Origin: Thermoproteaceae archaeon
GTDB lineage: Archaea > Thermoproteota > Thermoprotei > Thermoproteales > Thermoproteaceae
DNA length: 25,837 nt
Direction: 5' to 3'
Assembly: GCA_020833025.1 (NCBI GenBank)
Contig: JAJHRB010000017.1
Location: forward strand, 1 to 25,837
Below the pieces are notes generated by a model. That model was not told the origin of the DNA, searched no databases, and saw only the letters and a list, made by a program, of their open reading frames with translations. The translations under genes and the position numbers were made by a program. Shown in pieces: positions 1 through 8,245 of the stretch. The stretch's first letter is position 1. Each line of letters opens with the position of its first letter.

Positions 1-82
1 GCCTCCTGAATGCCGGCAGCGACTCTACGAAGATCTCCAGCTCGCGCCTGCTTCTGAGCCGCCCGGGGCGCTGCTCGGGCAT
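1..82 (-). CDS. 5' part of a METTL5/COG2263-like predicted N6-adenine RNA methyltransferase (runs off the window edge)
   Basis: Not in the ORF track. ATG at 82 reads MPEQRPGRLRSRRELEIFVESLPAFRR, resembling the family N-terminus K..LE..LE.L..F..P. TATA-like ATATAA at 110-105 lies 23-28 nt upstream. Confidence 0.6.
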   Translation of the reverse strand, partial: MPEQRPGRLRSRRELEIFVESLPAFRR

Positions 83-141
83 CTGCCTGCCCGGGGCCGG
101 GTCATTATATGGCTGGGCGGCCGGCAGCCTTAGGCGCGGGT

Positions 142-254
142 TGGTGCGGCGGCCGGGATTCGAACCCGGGACCAACGGCTCTCCCCGCCGAGAGCGTGGA
201 ACTGCGGCGCGTTGCGCGTGGCCGCCATCCTAGACCAGGCTAGACTACCGCCGC
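142..254 (-). tRNA. tRNA-Gly: tRNA-Gly(TCC) with two introns (32/33 at 202-219, 18 nt; 37/38 at 181-196, 16 nt) and genomically encoded CCA
   Basis: Removing both introns gives GCGGCGG TA GTCT AGCCTGGTCTA GGAT G GCGGC CTTCCAA GCCGT TGGTC CCGGG TTCGAAT CCCGG CCGCCGC A CCA, a 79-nt complete cloverleaf. Both junctions form bulge-helix-bulge-type motifs. Confidence 0.93.
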
Positions 255-277
255 TGGTTGTGGCCTGCGGGCAGCAT

Positions 278-290
278 TTTAAACTTTGTA
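278..290 (-). promoter_or_regulatory. BRE-TATA of tRNA-Gly
   Basis: ACAAAG-TTTAAAA on the minus strand, with TATA 24-30 nt upstream of tRNA base 1. Confidence 0.7.
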
Positions 291-344
291 GCGCCAGCGG
301 CCCCCGCAGGTGCACGCTTAAAATAGATGCTGACGGCCTCGGCT

Positions 345-2060
345 ATGAGCTCGCAAGCACTGCTGGCGCTCAGCCGGCGGGAGCTCGTTGATCTGTCTAG
401 GTTCAACTTGCCCGAGAAGTACAGGGCGCTTCTGGCGAACGAGAGGGCGCAGTCGTTAATAAAGGAGCGGTACGGGCTCCCCAATTACTCGAGAGTCGTG
501 AAGGTGACAACCTCGCTGTGCCCGGTATGTGGCAGGCGCGTGACGGCTGTCGTCTACGAGGAGGACGGCGCGGTGTGGATGAGAAAAACGTGCGAGAGGC
601 ACGGGATGTTCGAGGACCTCTACTGGGGCAACGCGGAGCTGTACTACTACTTCATTCAGTGGGACAGGCCGGAGTACGTTGGGAGCGGGCTCGCCAACCC
701 GTACACAGATCTCCAGATTTACAAGAATAGCGGCGGCTGCCCCAGCGCGTGCGGCCTCTGCCCCAACCACAGGTCCAACACCATTCTGGCAATTATCGAT
801 GTCACCAACAGGTGCAACATGACGTGTCCCGTGTGCTTCGCAAACGCCGGGGCGTCTGGCTACGTATACGAGCCGACGCTCGAGCAAATAGAGCGCATGC
901 TCAAGGCATTGAGAGTGCAGAGGCCCTGGGCACCAAACGCAGTTCAGCTGTCCGGGGGGGAGCCGACGCTTAGGGACGACCTGCCGGAGATAGTGCGAAT
1001 GGCAAAGAGGCTGGGGTTCTCGCACATTGAAGTGAACACGAACGGAGTAAGGCTTGCGTACGACCTGGAGTACTACAAGGCACTAATGGATGCAGGTCTC
1101 TCAACGCTTTATCTCCAGTGCGATACTGTTGACGAGAGTAACGAGGGTGTGTGGAGGTACCGCAACTACAGCCCCAAGGCGTACAGAGCAATAAGGGAGA
1201 GGGTCGTAGAGAGCGCCAGGAAGGTGGGGCACAGATCAGTAGTGCTCGTAGTCACGCTCGTGAGAGGGTACAACGACGGCGATCTCGGCAAAATCTTGGA
1301 CTTTGCGATCAAGAACAGAGACGTCGTGCGCTGGATAAACATACAGCCAATAAGCTTTGCGGGGCGCGCGAGACTGTACAGCAAGGAGGAACTGCGGAGG
1401 ATGAGAGTAACGGTGCCGGATGCGATAATTGAAATTGAGAGACAGACGGGCGGCGAGATTGGCAGGTGGGACTGGAGGCCCACGAACTGGCCGGTGGCGC
1501 TCGCGAAGATGCTAGAGGCCATTGCGGGAGCGCCAAAGCCGCTCTTCTCCATGAACCCAGTCTGCGGCGCGGCGACGCTTCTCTACTACGACGAGGACGA
1601 GAGGCGCGCGTACCCGATTACTAAGCTCATTGACGTTGACGCGCTCGAGAGAGTGTCGTGGGAGATTTACAAGACAGCGGCGGGCGGCTGGCTGGGCAGG
1701 CAGATTGCCAGGGTGAAGCTGGTCAAGCTGCTCCGCGCAATAAAGCACAGAAAGTTGAAGGGCTTGATGGCCGACGTGATTCTCAAGCGCGATTACGAGT
1801 CGCTCGGGCGCTTCTTCCTCAACGTCATAGGCATAGGGATCATGCACTTCATGGATCTCATGAATTACGACGTAGACCGCGTGAGGCGCTGCTGCATTCA
1901 CTACGCGACGCCGGACGGGCGCGTAGTGCCGTTCTGCACGTACAATGTTGTCGGCCACCGCGAGAAAGTTGAAAGCATGTTTAAAGTAAGCGCCGAGGCG
2001 TGGGCGCGGATGACAGGCTGGGGCGTGAGCCGCCGCGCGGTCAGCGCGGGAGGAGTGTAG
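345..2060 (+). CDS. tes: Radical SAM tetraether lipid synthase (Tes/GDGT-MAS, MJ0619 family)
   Basis: Rubredoxin-like CPVC...CERH, auxiliary CPSACGLCPNH, radical SAM CNMTCPVC, QLSGGEPT, and C-terminal NPVCG, RCCIHY..PDGRVVPFC motifs. ATG345 is preferred over ATG327 because CTTAAAAT (317-324) lies 21-28 nt upstream of it. Confidence 0.85.
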   Translation: MSSQALLALSRRELVDLSRFNLPEKYRALLANERAQSLIKERYGLPNYSRVVKVTTSLCPVCGRRVTAVVYEEDGAVWMRKTCERHGMFEDLYWGNAELYYYFIQWDRPEYVGSGLANPYTDLQIYKNSGGCPSACGLCPNHRSNTILAIIDVTNRCNMTCPVCFANAGASGYVYEPTLEQIERMLKALRVQRPWAPNAVQLSGGEPTLRDDLPEIVRMAKRLGFSHIEVNTNGVRLAYDLEYYKALMDAGLSTLYLQCDTVDESNEGVWRYRNYSPKAYRAIRERVVESARKVGHRSVVLVVTLVRGYNDGDLGKILDFAIKNRDVVRWINIQPISFAGRARLYSKEELRRMRVTVPDAIIEIERQTGGEIGRWDWRPTNWPVALAKMLEAIAGAPKPLFSMNPVCGAATLLYYDEDERRAYPITKLIDVDALERVSWEIYKTAAGGWLGRQIARVKLVKLLRAIKHRKLKGLMADVILKRDYESLGRFFLNVIGIGIMHFMDLMNYDVDRVRRCCIHYATPDGRVVPFCTYNVVGHREKVESMFKVSAEAWARMTGWGVSRRAVSAGGV

Positions 2061-2183
2061 ATTTACCCGCCGGTTCGGGTTACAGAAAGGCGCGCGGAGA
2101 GTGACGCGGCGGGCTGTCCGGCCCCGCTTATTTATGTGAGCTTGAGCGGCTTGCCGGCAGGCTCCCGAGCGCGGGCGGGCAGC

Positions 2184-3335
2184 CTAACATTGCAGCGCGC
2201 GATCCAGGTCCTCTATGAGGTCCTCTGGGTCCTCGAGACCCACTGAGAGCCTTACGAGGTCCTCCGTGATGCCAAGCAACTTTCTATCCTCTTCCGGTAT
2301 GGGCGCCGCCGCGCTAATCACGGGATATGTTATTACGCTTTCCACGCCGCCGAGACTCGGGCCCGGGGTTACTACCTTCAGCGACTTCAGGAACTTGACA
2401 ACGGCGTCTCTGCCGCCGCGAACCCTGAAGGATACCACCGCGCCGAACTTGTCGCCGAATAGCTTCCTCGCCGTGGAGTGCTGCGGGTGTGACGGCAGTC
2501 CTGGATAGATAACCTCCGACACCTTGCTGTGCTCCGAGAGGAATTCTGCGATGGACCTCGCGGTCTCGCACTGGCGCTCAAACCGCACGGCCAGCGTCTT
2601 GAGGCCGCGCATCGTCAGGAACGCCTCGAACGGCTGCATTATACTGCCGAGCATAGCCCTCCACAGCCACAGCACCTCAACAAGCTCTCTCCGCGCCGCG
2701 ACAGCCACGCCGCCTATGACGTCGTTATGCCCGGCTATGTACTTGGACGTCGAGTGCACTATGATATCGGCTCCGTACGACGCAGGCGTTGTCAGCACCG
2801 GCGTGGCAAATGTATTGTCTACAATCACTAGCGCGTTGAGGTCCCTGGCCGCCCTTATCACGCTCGGCCCGTCTATAACCCTGAGCGTTGGGTTCGTTAT
2901 TGTCTCAAAAAATACCACTTGCGGTTTTACTTCCTTCAGGGTTTCTATGAATGTCTCGGTATCCGGGTACGCCTTCGTGAGCCTGACGCCGAACTTGCCC
3001 AGCGAGGCCAGCAGCCTCAGAGTGGCGCCGTAGGCCTCCATAGTCGAGAGGGCCACGTCGCCAGATTTAGTGAGCGAGAGAAAGACGGTCGAGAGCGCTG
3101 CCATGCCGCTGTTGAATGCAAGCGCGTCAGCGCCGCGCTCGAGTCTCGCAATGGCCTCCTCCAGGGGCCTGAGCGTCGGATTTTCCTCTCTGCTGTACTT
3201 CAGGTCAAAACCGCGGTCTGACTTTCGAGGCGCCTCTTCCATTCTGAAGAGCGCCGTCTGATATATGGGTGGGTGGAGCGATCCGTAAGGGTCCTCAAAG
3301 CGAAAACCGCGTACTACAAGTGTTCCCCTGCGCAT
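2184..3335 (-). CDS. metB: PLP-dependent trans-sulfuration enzyme (cystathionine gamma-synthase/lyase family)
   Basis: PPIYQT, YSREENPT, FNSGMAA, ETITNP, VDNTFATP, HSTSKY (PLP lysine), SLGGVES, RLSVGLED. TATA CTTATATA at 3363-3356. Exact reaction is not resolvable. Confidence 0.8.
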   Translation of the reverse strand: MRRGTLVVRGFRFEDPYGSLHPPIYQTALFRMEEAPRKSDRGFDLKYSREENPTLRPLEEAIARLERGADALAFNSGMAALSTVFLSLTKSGDVALSTMEAYGATLRLLASLGKFGVRLTKAYPDTETFIETLKEVKPQVVFFETITNPTLRVIDGPSVIRAARDLNALVIVDNTFATPVLTTPASYGADIIVHSTSKYIAGHNDVIGGVAVAARRELVEVLWLWRAMLGSIMQPFEAFLTMRGLKTLAVRFERQCETARSIAEFLSEHSKVSEVIYPGLPSHPQHSTARKLFGDKFGAVVSFRVRGGRDAVVKFLKSLKVVTPGPSLGGVESVITYPVISAAAPIPEEDRKLLGITEDLVRLSVGLEDPEDLIEDLDRALQC

Positions 3336-3485
3336 TTACACGCGGAGAGGCTCGGTATATAAGCCTTGGTTTATGTTTACTTCTTACGTCGCGACCCCCT
3401 CGTGAGGGCTGGGCCCCGCGTCCGTGGCAAGACCCGCTTACTGTCGCGTGGCTTGGACTTTAATAAAAAAAGACTCTCTGCCGGC

Positions 3486-4115
3486 GTGACGAGAGAGGCC
3501 TTGCTACTAGACGACGGCACGGACTTCACGCTCTATCTCATCAAGTTGTTTCTAGGGAACGGCTACGTTGTCAGAGTCCTCGCGCCGGAGGGCCGCGCGG
3601 AGCTACTTGCCCGCGAGCCCGCATACATACATACGTACATAGGCAGCCCACGTGAGGCGCTTGAGGGGCTTGACTTTTCCCGGGTGGAAATCGCAGTATT
3701 CACGTCGCGCGACGACAGGCTTAACTTGCAGCTCGCCAGAGAGGCCAGGTCTCGTGCGGTCCCCCTCGTTATCATCGCGGCAATGGACAGCAGTGTAGCC
3801 AAGGCGGCGGAGGAAGAGGGCGTGGTTGTGATACCGCTGTACCAGTGCGTCGCCTCCATGCTCGTTAATACTCTCAATTTGCGGTTTGCGCGCGTGTTAC
3901 CAGTCAGAGGCGCCGTGGCAGTTCTCGATGCGCTTGTTACTTCAGACTCGAAGCTGCTGGGCAGTAGCATCCGCGAGATAGAGGAGGGCCTGGGCGTGAG
4001 GGCCCTGATAATCCGCGGGGACTCGTTAATTACGTCGCGAGACGCGGAAGTGCAAGAGGGGGACTGTCTAATTGCGGTGGGCCCGCGGAGCGTGCTCGAG
4101 AGAATTATCGAGTAG
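3486..4115 (+). CDS. TrkA-like RCK_N + RCK_C (TrkA-C) domain protein
   Basis: AVFTSRDDRLNLQLAREAR and SKLLGSSIREI...IIRGDSLIT...VQEGDCLIAVG match TrkA-N/TrkA-C patterns. GTG3486 is chosen because TTTAATAA (3459-3466) is 20-27 nt upstream; the ORF-track start at 3366 crosses the divergent promoter region. Confidence 0.75.
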   Translation: MTREALLLDDGTDFTLYLIKLFLGNGYVVRVLAPEGRAELLAREPAYIHTYIGSPREALEGLDFSRVEIAVFTSRDDRLNLQLAREARSRAVPLVIIAAMDSSVAKAAEEEGVVVIPLYQCVASMLVNTLNLRFARVLPVRGAVAVLDALVTSDSKLLGSSIREIEEGLGVRALIIRGDSLITSRDAEVQEGDCLIAVGPRSVLERIIE

Positions 4116-4824
4116 TCGCCGCGCAGATGGACGCCGCCCTCTCATAAATTCTGTTCACAATGGCATATCTGAACTCATCTGCCTTGCGCAGATCTCTGAG
4201 CACGGCGCGTATGACAACCATTACTCCGCTCGTGCCGATTTCCTCCACGTCGACGCTCACGTTATTTGCGCCGTACTTCCCGCTCTCGCTCAGTATAAGC
4301 TCCTTTATTAGCGCTAGGCTGGGCCAGCAAGGCACGAGGACCCTCACTCTAATCTCGCGGCCCTCTATTACATTCACACGCCTAAACGGCCGCTGGATGA
4401 ATACTGTATAGGGTACGTATACGTCGTCCCTCTCGGGACTCTTCAGCACCGCGTGGGTCTTGCCGAGGGCGACGACGTGCCCGCGCACGTCTCCGAGATC
4501 CACGTAGTCGCCAGTGTGAAGTTTGAGCTCCCTCGTGACAAACGCGCCGGCAAAGTACTGCACTATCACATGCCAGGCTCCCAGCACCAGCACCGCAATT
4601 GTGAGTATCATCACGACGAGCGCTACGTAGAACAAGTATTGCAGCTGCATGATGGGAGACGTTGCTGCAAGCAATAGGGTTACTGCAAAAACTGCGAGAG
4701 CTAGTTTCGCGACATAGACGAGCTCACGGCCGAGCGCCCTGGCGGCAAGTCTTTTGATGTAAATCAAGGGCACCAGCAGCCCTGCGGCTACCAGCGTGCA
4801 CACTGCCACTACTGCGGCGTCCAT
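4105..4824 (-). CDS. mscS: Small-conductance mechanosensitive channel (MscS family)
   Basis: Three N-terminal hydrophobic helices followed by GDYVDLGDVRGHV...VYVPYTVF (MscS beta-domain) and an alpha/beta C-domain. TATA CTTAAAG at 4854-4848. Confidence 0.75.
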   Translation of the reverse strand: MDAAVVAVCTLVAAGLLVPLIYIKRLAARALGRELVYVAKLALAVFAVTLLLAATSPIMQLQYLFYVALVVMILTIAVLVLGAWHVIVQYFAGAFVTRELKLHTGDYVDLGDVRGHVVALGKTHAVLKSPERDDVYVPYTVFIQRPFRRVNVIEGREIRVRVLVPCWPSLALIKELILSESGKYGANNVSVDVEEIGTSGVMVVIRAVLRDLRKADEFRYAIVNRIYERAASICAATTR

Positions 4825-4863
4825 TCATTGCGGTAATTTCAAAGCCGCTTTAAGGCTAACTAA

Positions 4864-4912
4864 GCCTGTGATCGGCGCCGCGGGGCCGCGGCACTCGCGC
4901 CGTGATTCTTTT
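4864..4912 (+). ncRNA. Candidate K-turn-containing small RNA/element
   Basis: TGT-GAT-CGGCGC...GCGCCG-TGA gives tandem G.A, U.U and a 6-bp stem, followed by a T-rich run. It lies in the intergenic gap, antisense to both neighbours. Confidence 0.3.
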
Positions 4913-4949
4913 TCTATCTTCCGGCCGCAGTCTGCGCGCCGGAGGCCTC

Positions 4950-7394
4950 TCAGTACTTGACCCTGCCGAATACTTTAACTAGCAGCTCGCGGAATTCAGA
5001 GTCGTCGTCCAGCTTGTACAGCGCCCTGTAAATTGCGTCTAACCTCTCGCGCAGTACTTTCAATTCTGCAGATGCAACGGCCAGCCTTGTCTGGACCACA
5101 GCGTCCGGGTTCACCGATATGCTATCAATGCCAGCCCTCACTAAGAACTCCACGAGCTGCGGGTACACCGACGGCCCCTGACCGCAAATCGATACCGTGC
5201 GCCCCGCCCTGTGCGCCCTCTTTATAATCTCGTATATTGCCCTCAGGACGGGGGCCTCTCTCTCGTCAAAGTATCTTGGGTCGAGCCTCACGAGAAAGTC
5301 GTTGTCGCGATCAACGCCCATTACCAGCTGCGTGAGGTCGTTAGAGCCTATTGAGAAGCCGTCAAAGTACTCTGATAGCTCCTCGATCGCGTACGCGATT
5401 GACGGCACTTCTGCCATGGCCCACACCTTAAAGTCCCTGCCGCGGTGGAGGCCCTCCTCTTCCAGCAGCTTGGCAAACCTCTCGGCCTCCCACGCCGACC
5501 TCACAAACGGCGCCATGACCCACACGTTCTTCAGCCCCATCTCGTCCCTGACCTTCCTGACTGCCCTCAACTCGAGCCTGAATGCCCTCTCGTAGTGGGG
5601 CGACACATAGCGCGACACGCCGCGCCACCCGAGCATTGGGTTGCGCTCCTCGGGCTCGAATTTCTCGCCCCCCTCCAGCTTCCTGTACTCGTTCGTCTTG
5701 AAGTCGCTGAATCTAACGACCACGGGTCTCGGGTGCACAGCGGAGGCCACCTCAGCGATGCCCTCCGCAAGCTTGTCAATGAATCTCTGCTCTCTGCCTA
5801 CTGAAATTAAATACAGCGGGTGCTGCCCCACCCAGCTGGTTACGACAAACTCTATCCTCATGAGGCCTATGCCGTCAAATGGCAGGTCTCTGTACTCGTG
5901 TATCTTGTCCGGCTCTCCCAAGTTCATGTAAACCTTAGTCGCCGTCGGCACGGCACGGTACACGTGCAAGACGATCTCCCTCGGCGGCGCCGCCTCCGCG
6001 GCCTTTGTCACTCTCGCCTCTCTCTCCTCCGGGACTGCCGCGCCGAGGAGCACGACTCCCCTGCTGCCGTCCACGGTGTAAACCTCTCCGTCCTTCATTA
6101 CCTGCGTGGCACTCCCTGTGCCGACGACTGCCGGTATTCCCAGCTCCCTGCTAACAATTGCGGCGTGGGACGTAATGCCTCCCTCGTCAGTCACGATTGC
6201 AGCGGCGAGGCGCATGTAGGGCACCCAGTCTGGGTCCGTCATTTTCGTGACTAAGATGTCGCCTCTCTTCATCTTCTTCCTTGCGTCCTCAAGCGTCATG
6301 CAGACCTTTGCCGCGCCGACTGCAACGCCGGGACTGGCCGGGATGCCCCGGACTGCCACCGCTCCCGCCGCTCTCACGCCCTCTGCCGCCCTCCCTGCCC
6401 TCTCAGCCCTCCTTGACCACGCGGTCTCGGGCCTCACCTGCACGATGAAGATATTCTGCGGGAAGGGCAGATCGGCGTCGACTGCGAACTCTATATCGAG
6501 CGGGTACCCGTAGTGCTCCTCCAGTCTCACGGCCATTCTGGCCAGCTCAACTACCTCCTCGTCAGCGAGGGACGGGGCCTGCGCCTTGTCGGGCGGCAGC
6601 TCGACCTCCCTCGTGAGGCCGGCCTCGTCCCTCACCACGGCCCTCTTCTTGGCCGCAATCCTTCTCTCCATGATATTTAACGAGCGCTTGTCAACGACAA
6701 ACTCGTCGGGCGTCACGGCGCCCCTCACTACCGCCTCGCCGAGGCCCCAGCTCGACTCGATGACAACCTTGCTCCTGTCTCCGTTCGCGGGATTGAGCGT
6801 GAACATGACCCCGGAGGACCTGGAGTTGACGAGCTTCTGCACGACAACGGCCATTAGGCTCTTCTCGTGCGGTATTCCCATTCTGTCTCTGTAGGCCATT
6901 GCGCGGGCCGTGTACAGCGAGCTCCAGACCTTCTTCACGTACAGCACCACGTTCTGCGCCCCCCTGACGTTGAGGTACGTGTCCTGCTGGCCCGCGAACG
7001 AGGCCTCTGGTATGTCCTCCGCTGTTGCCGAGCTCCTGACGGCCACCGGAACGTCCTTGACGCCCGTCATCTCGCAGAGCCTCTGGTAGGCCCGCACTAT
7101 TTCGTCCTCAAGCTCGCGCGGCAGGGAGGCCTCCTCAATATCCCTGCGTATTATTGCGCTGGCCTTCTCGTACTCCTCAGGATCGCCGCGCTTGATGTAC
7201 TCCGATATTCTGCTCATGATCTTGCCTCTGAGACCGGTGCTCTCCAGGAAGTAGGAGAATGCCTTCACCGTCACTACAAATCCCGGCGGCACCCTGGCAA
7301 TTCGCGCAATCTCTCCGAGGTTCGCGCCCTTGCCGCCGGCAAGCGGCACGTCCTTCTTGCTAATCTCTTCAATCCACTTAATGAGCTCCATCAT
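4950..7394 (-). CDS. ppsA: Phosphoenolpyruvate synthase (pyruvate, water dikinase)
   Basis: GGKGANLGE, VAVRSSATAED, SFAGQQDT, GGITSHAAI (phospho-His), ERNPMLGWRG, DGFSIGSNDLTQL, ICGQGPS. Confidence 0.95.
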   Translation of the reverse strand: MMELIKWIEEISKKDVPLAGGKGANLGEIARIARVPPGFVVTVKAFSYFLESTGLRGKIMSRISEYIKRGDPEEYEKASAIIRRDIEEASLPRELEDEIVRAYQRLCEMTGVKDVPVAVRSSATAEDIPEASFAGQQDTYLNVRGAQNVVLYVKKVWSSLYTARAMAYRDRMGIPHEKSLMAVVVQKLVNSRSSGVMFTLNPANGDRSKVVIESSWGLGEAVVRGAVTPDEFVVDKRSLNIMERRIAAKKRAVVRDEAGLTREVELPPDKAQAPSLADEEVVELARMAVRLEEHYGYPLDIEFAVDADLPFPQNIFIVQVRPETAWSRRAERAGRAAEGVRAAGAVAVRGIPASPGVAVGAAKVCMTLEDARKKMKRGDILVTKMTDPDWVPYMRLAAAIVTDEGGITSHAAIVSRELGIPAVVGTGSATQVMKDGEVYTVDGSRGVVLLGAAVPEEREARVTKAAEAAPPREIVLHVYRAVPTATKVYMNLGEPDKIHEYRDLPFDGIGLMRIEFVVTSWVGQHPLYLISVGREQRFIDKLAEGIAEVASAVHPRPVVVRFSDFKTNEYRKLEGGEKFEPEERNPMLGWRGVSRYVSPHYERAFRLELRAVRKVRDEMGLKNVWVMAPFVRSAWEAERFAKLLEEEGLHRGRDFKVWAMAEVPSIAYAIEELSEYFDGFSIGSNDLTQLVMGVDRDNDFLVRLDPRYFDEREAPVLRAIYEIIKRAHRAGRTVSICGQGPSVYPQLVEFLVRAGIDSISVNPDAVVQTRLAVASAELKVLRERLDAIYRALYKLDDDSEFRELLVKVFGRVKY

Positions 7395-7479
7395 GCTTTA
7401 CGCCTTGGCGCCATTTAAGTATTAGTTCTCCTTCGCGAGTAACACTTGATATCTTTAAGTCTAAGTCCGAAGTGATATT

Positions 7480-8172
7480 TCAAACAATTTTTACCCGCAG
7501 TCTCGTCACGCCGGCGTATCTCTTAAAAACCGAGCGGAACACGGCCCTGGATCTCGGCGGTCTCGTCGAGGCGATCACGCCCGAGAGTCTCCTGCCGCAG
7601 TAAATACACCTACGCACAGGGTTGCTGTAAATCAGGTAGTCCACGCCGCAGTGAACGCACCTGCGTATCTCCGGTATCTCGCCCGCCTCGCCGACACTCA
7701 CGGGCACCCACCCGTCCACTATAACCACGCCGTCAACATAAGGCGCGAACTCATGAACTCTATCGAGACTGGCCGCGATCAGCACGTCGAACGGCTTCCG
7801 GTGAGTCTCGGCGATGACTCTCACCGTGTTGACGAGCTCGGCGAGGTCTCTGGGTCTCAGCAGGACGGACGCGGCCCCCTCCTTATAGTCTCCCTCCGAG
7901 TACTTCAGCTCCTCCAGCACGCCGTTGGCGCCGCCCGCAAACGCCGCGTCGACGGCATCCTCCCCGAGCTCCTCGCTCACGAACACTCTCACTCCCAGCT
8001 GCTTTGCAATCCTCACGCTCGTCGCAATTGACATCAGGCGCGCAACCCCAACCTCGCAGTCGCCAAACGGCTCGCCGAGCGCTATGGGCGTTCCGTCAAC
8101 TGGAGACTTCGAGCAGAGCCACGAGCCGGCGAATACCGCCACAGGGGGCCCTCGCACGTAGGCCAGCATCAC
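7480..8172 (-). CDS. Conserved hypothetical protein; degenerate nicotinate phosphoribosyltransferase-like fold with C-terminal Zn ribbon
   Basis: Clean 230-aa ORF with CVHC...CIYC. Segments DGTP, SIATSVRIAKQLG and DAAFAGGANGV parallel archaeal NAPRTase (see findings). Confidence 0.6.
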   Translation of the reverse strand: MMLAYVRGPPVAVFAGSWLCSKSPVDGTPIALGEPFGDCEVGVARLMSIATSVRIAKQLGVRVFVSEELGEDAVDAAFAGGANGVLEELKYSEGDYKEGAASVLLRPRDLAELVNTVRVIAETHRKPFDVLIAASLDRVHEFAPYVDGVVIVDGWVPVSVGEAGEIPEIRRCVHCGVDYLIYSNPVRRCIYCGRRLSGVIASTRPPRSRAVFRSVFKRYAGVTRLRVKIV

Positions 8173-8245
8173 GGTACGGTCGTCGCGAGCGCACTAAATC
8201 AAGTTCCCGCGCAGGGTTTTTTGTCGCGGCAGTGCCGCAGACTCC

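Noticed and set aside
83-145. tRNA 3' end as a possible integration site
   Set aside because: It is followed directly by the promoter of a housekeeping-type methylase; no integrase or repeated att sequence in the window.
130-315. 61-aa ORF over the tRNA
   Set aside because: The region is fully explained by tRNA-Gly and its promoter.
3366-3485. N-terminal extension of the TrkA-like ORF
   Set aside because: Spans the promoter region; TATA spacing favours GTG3486.
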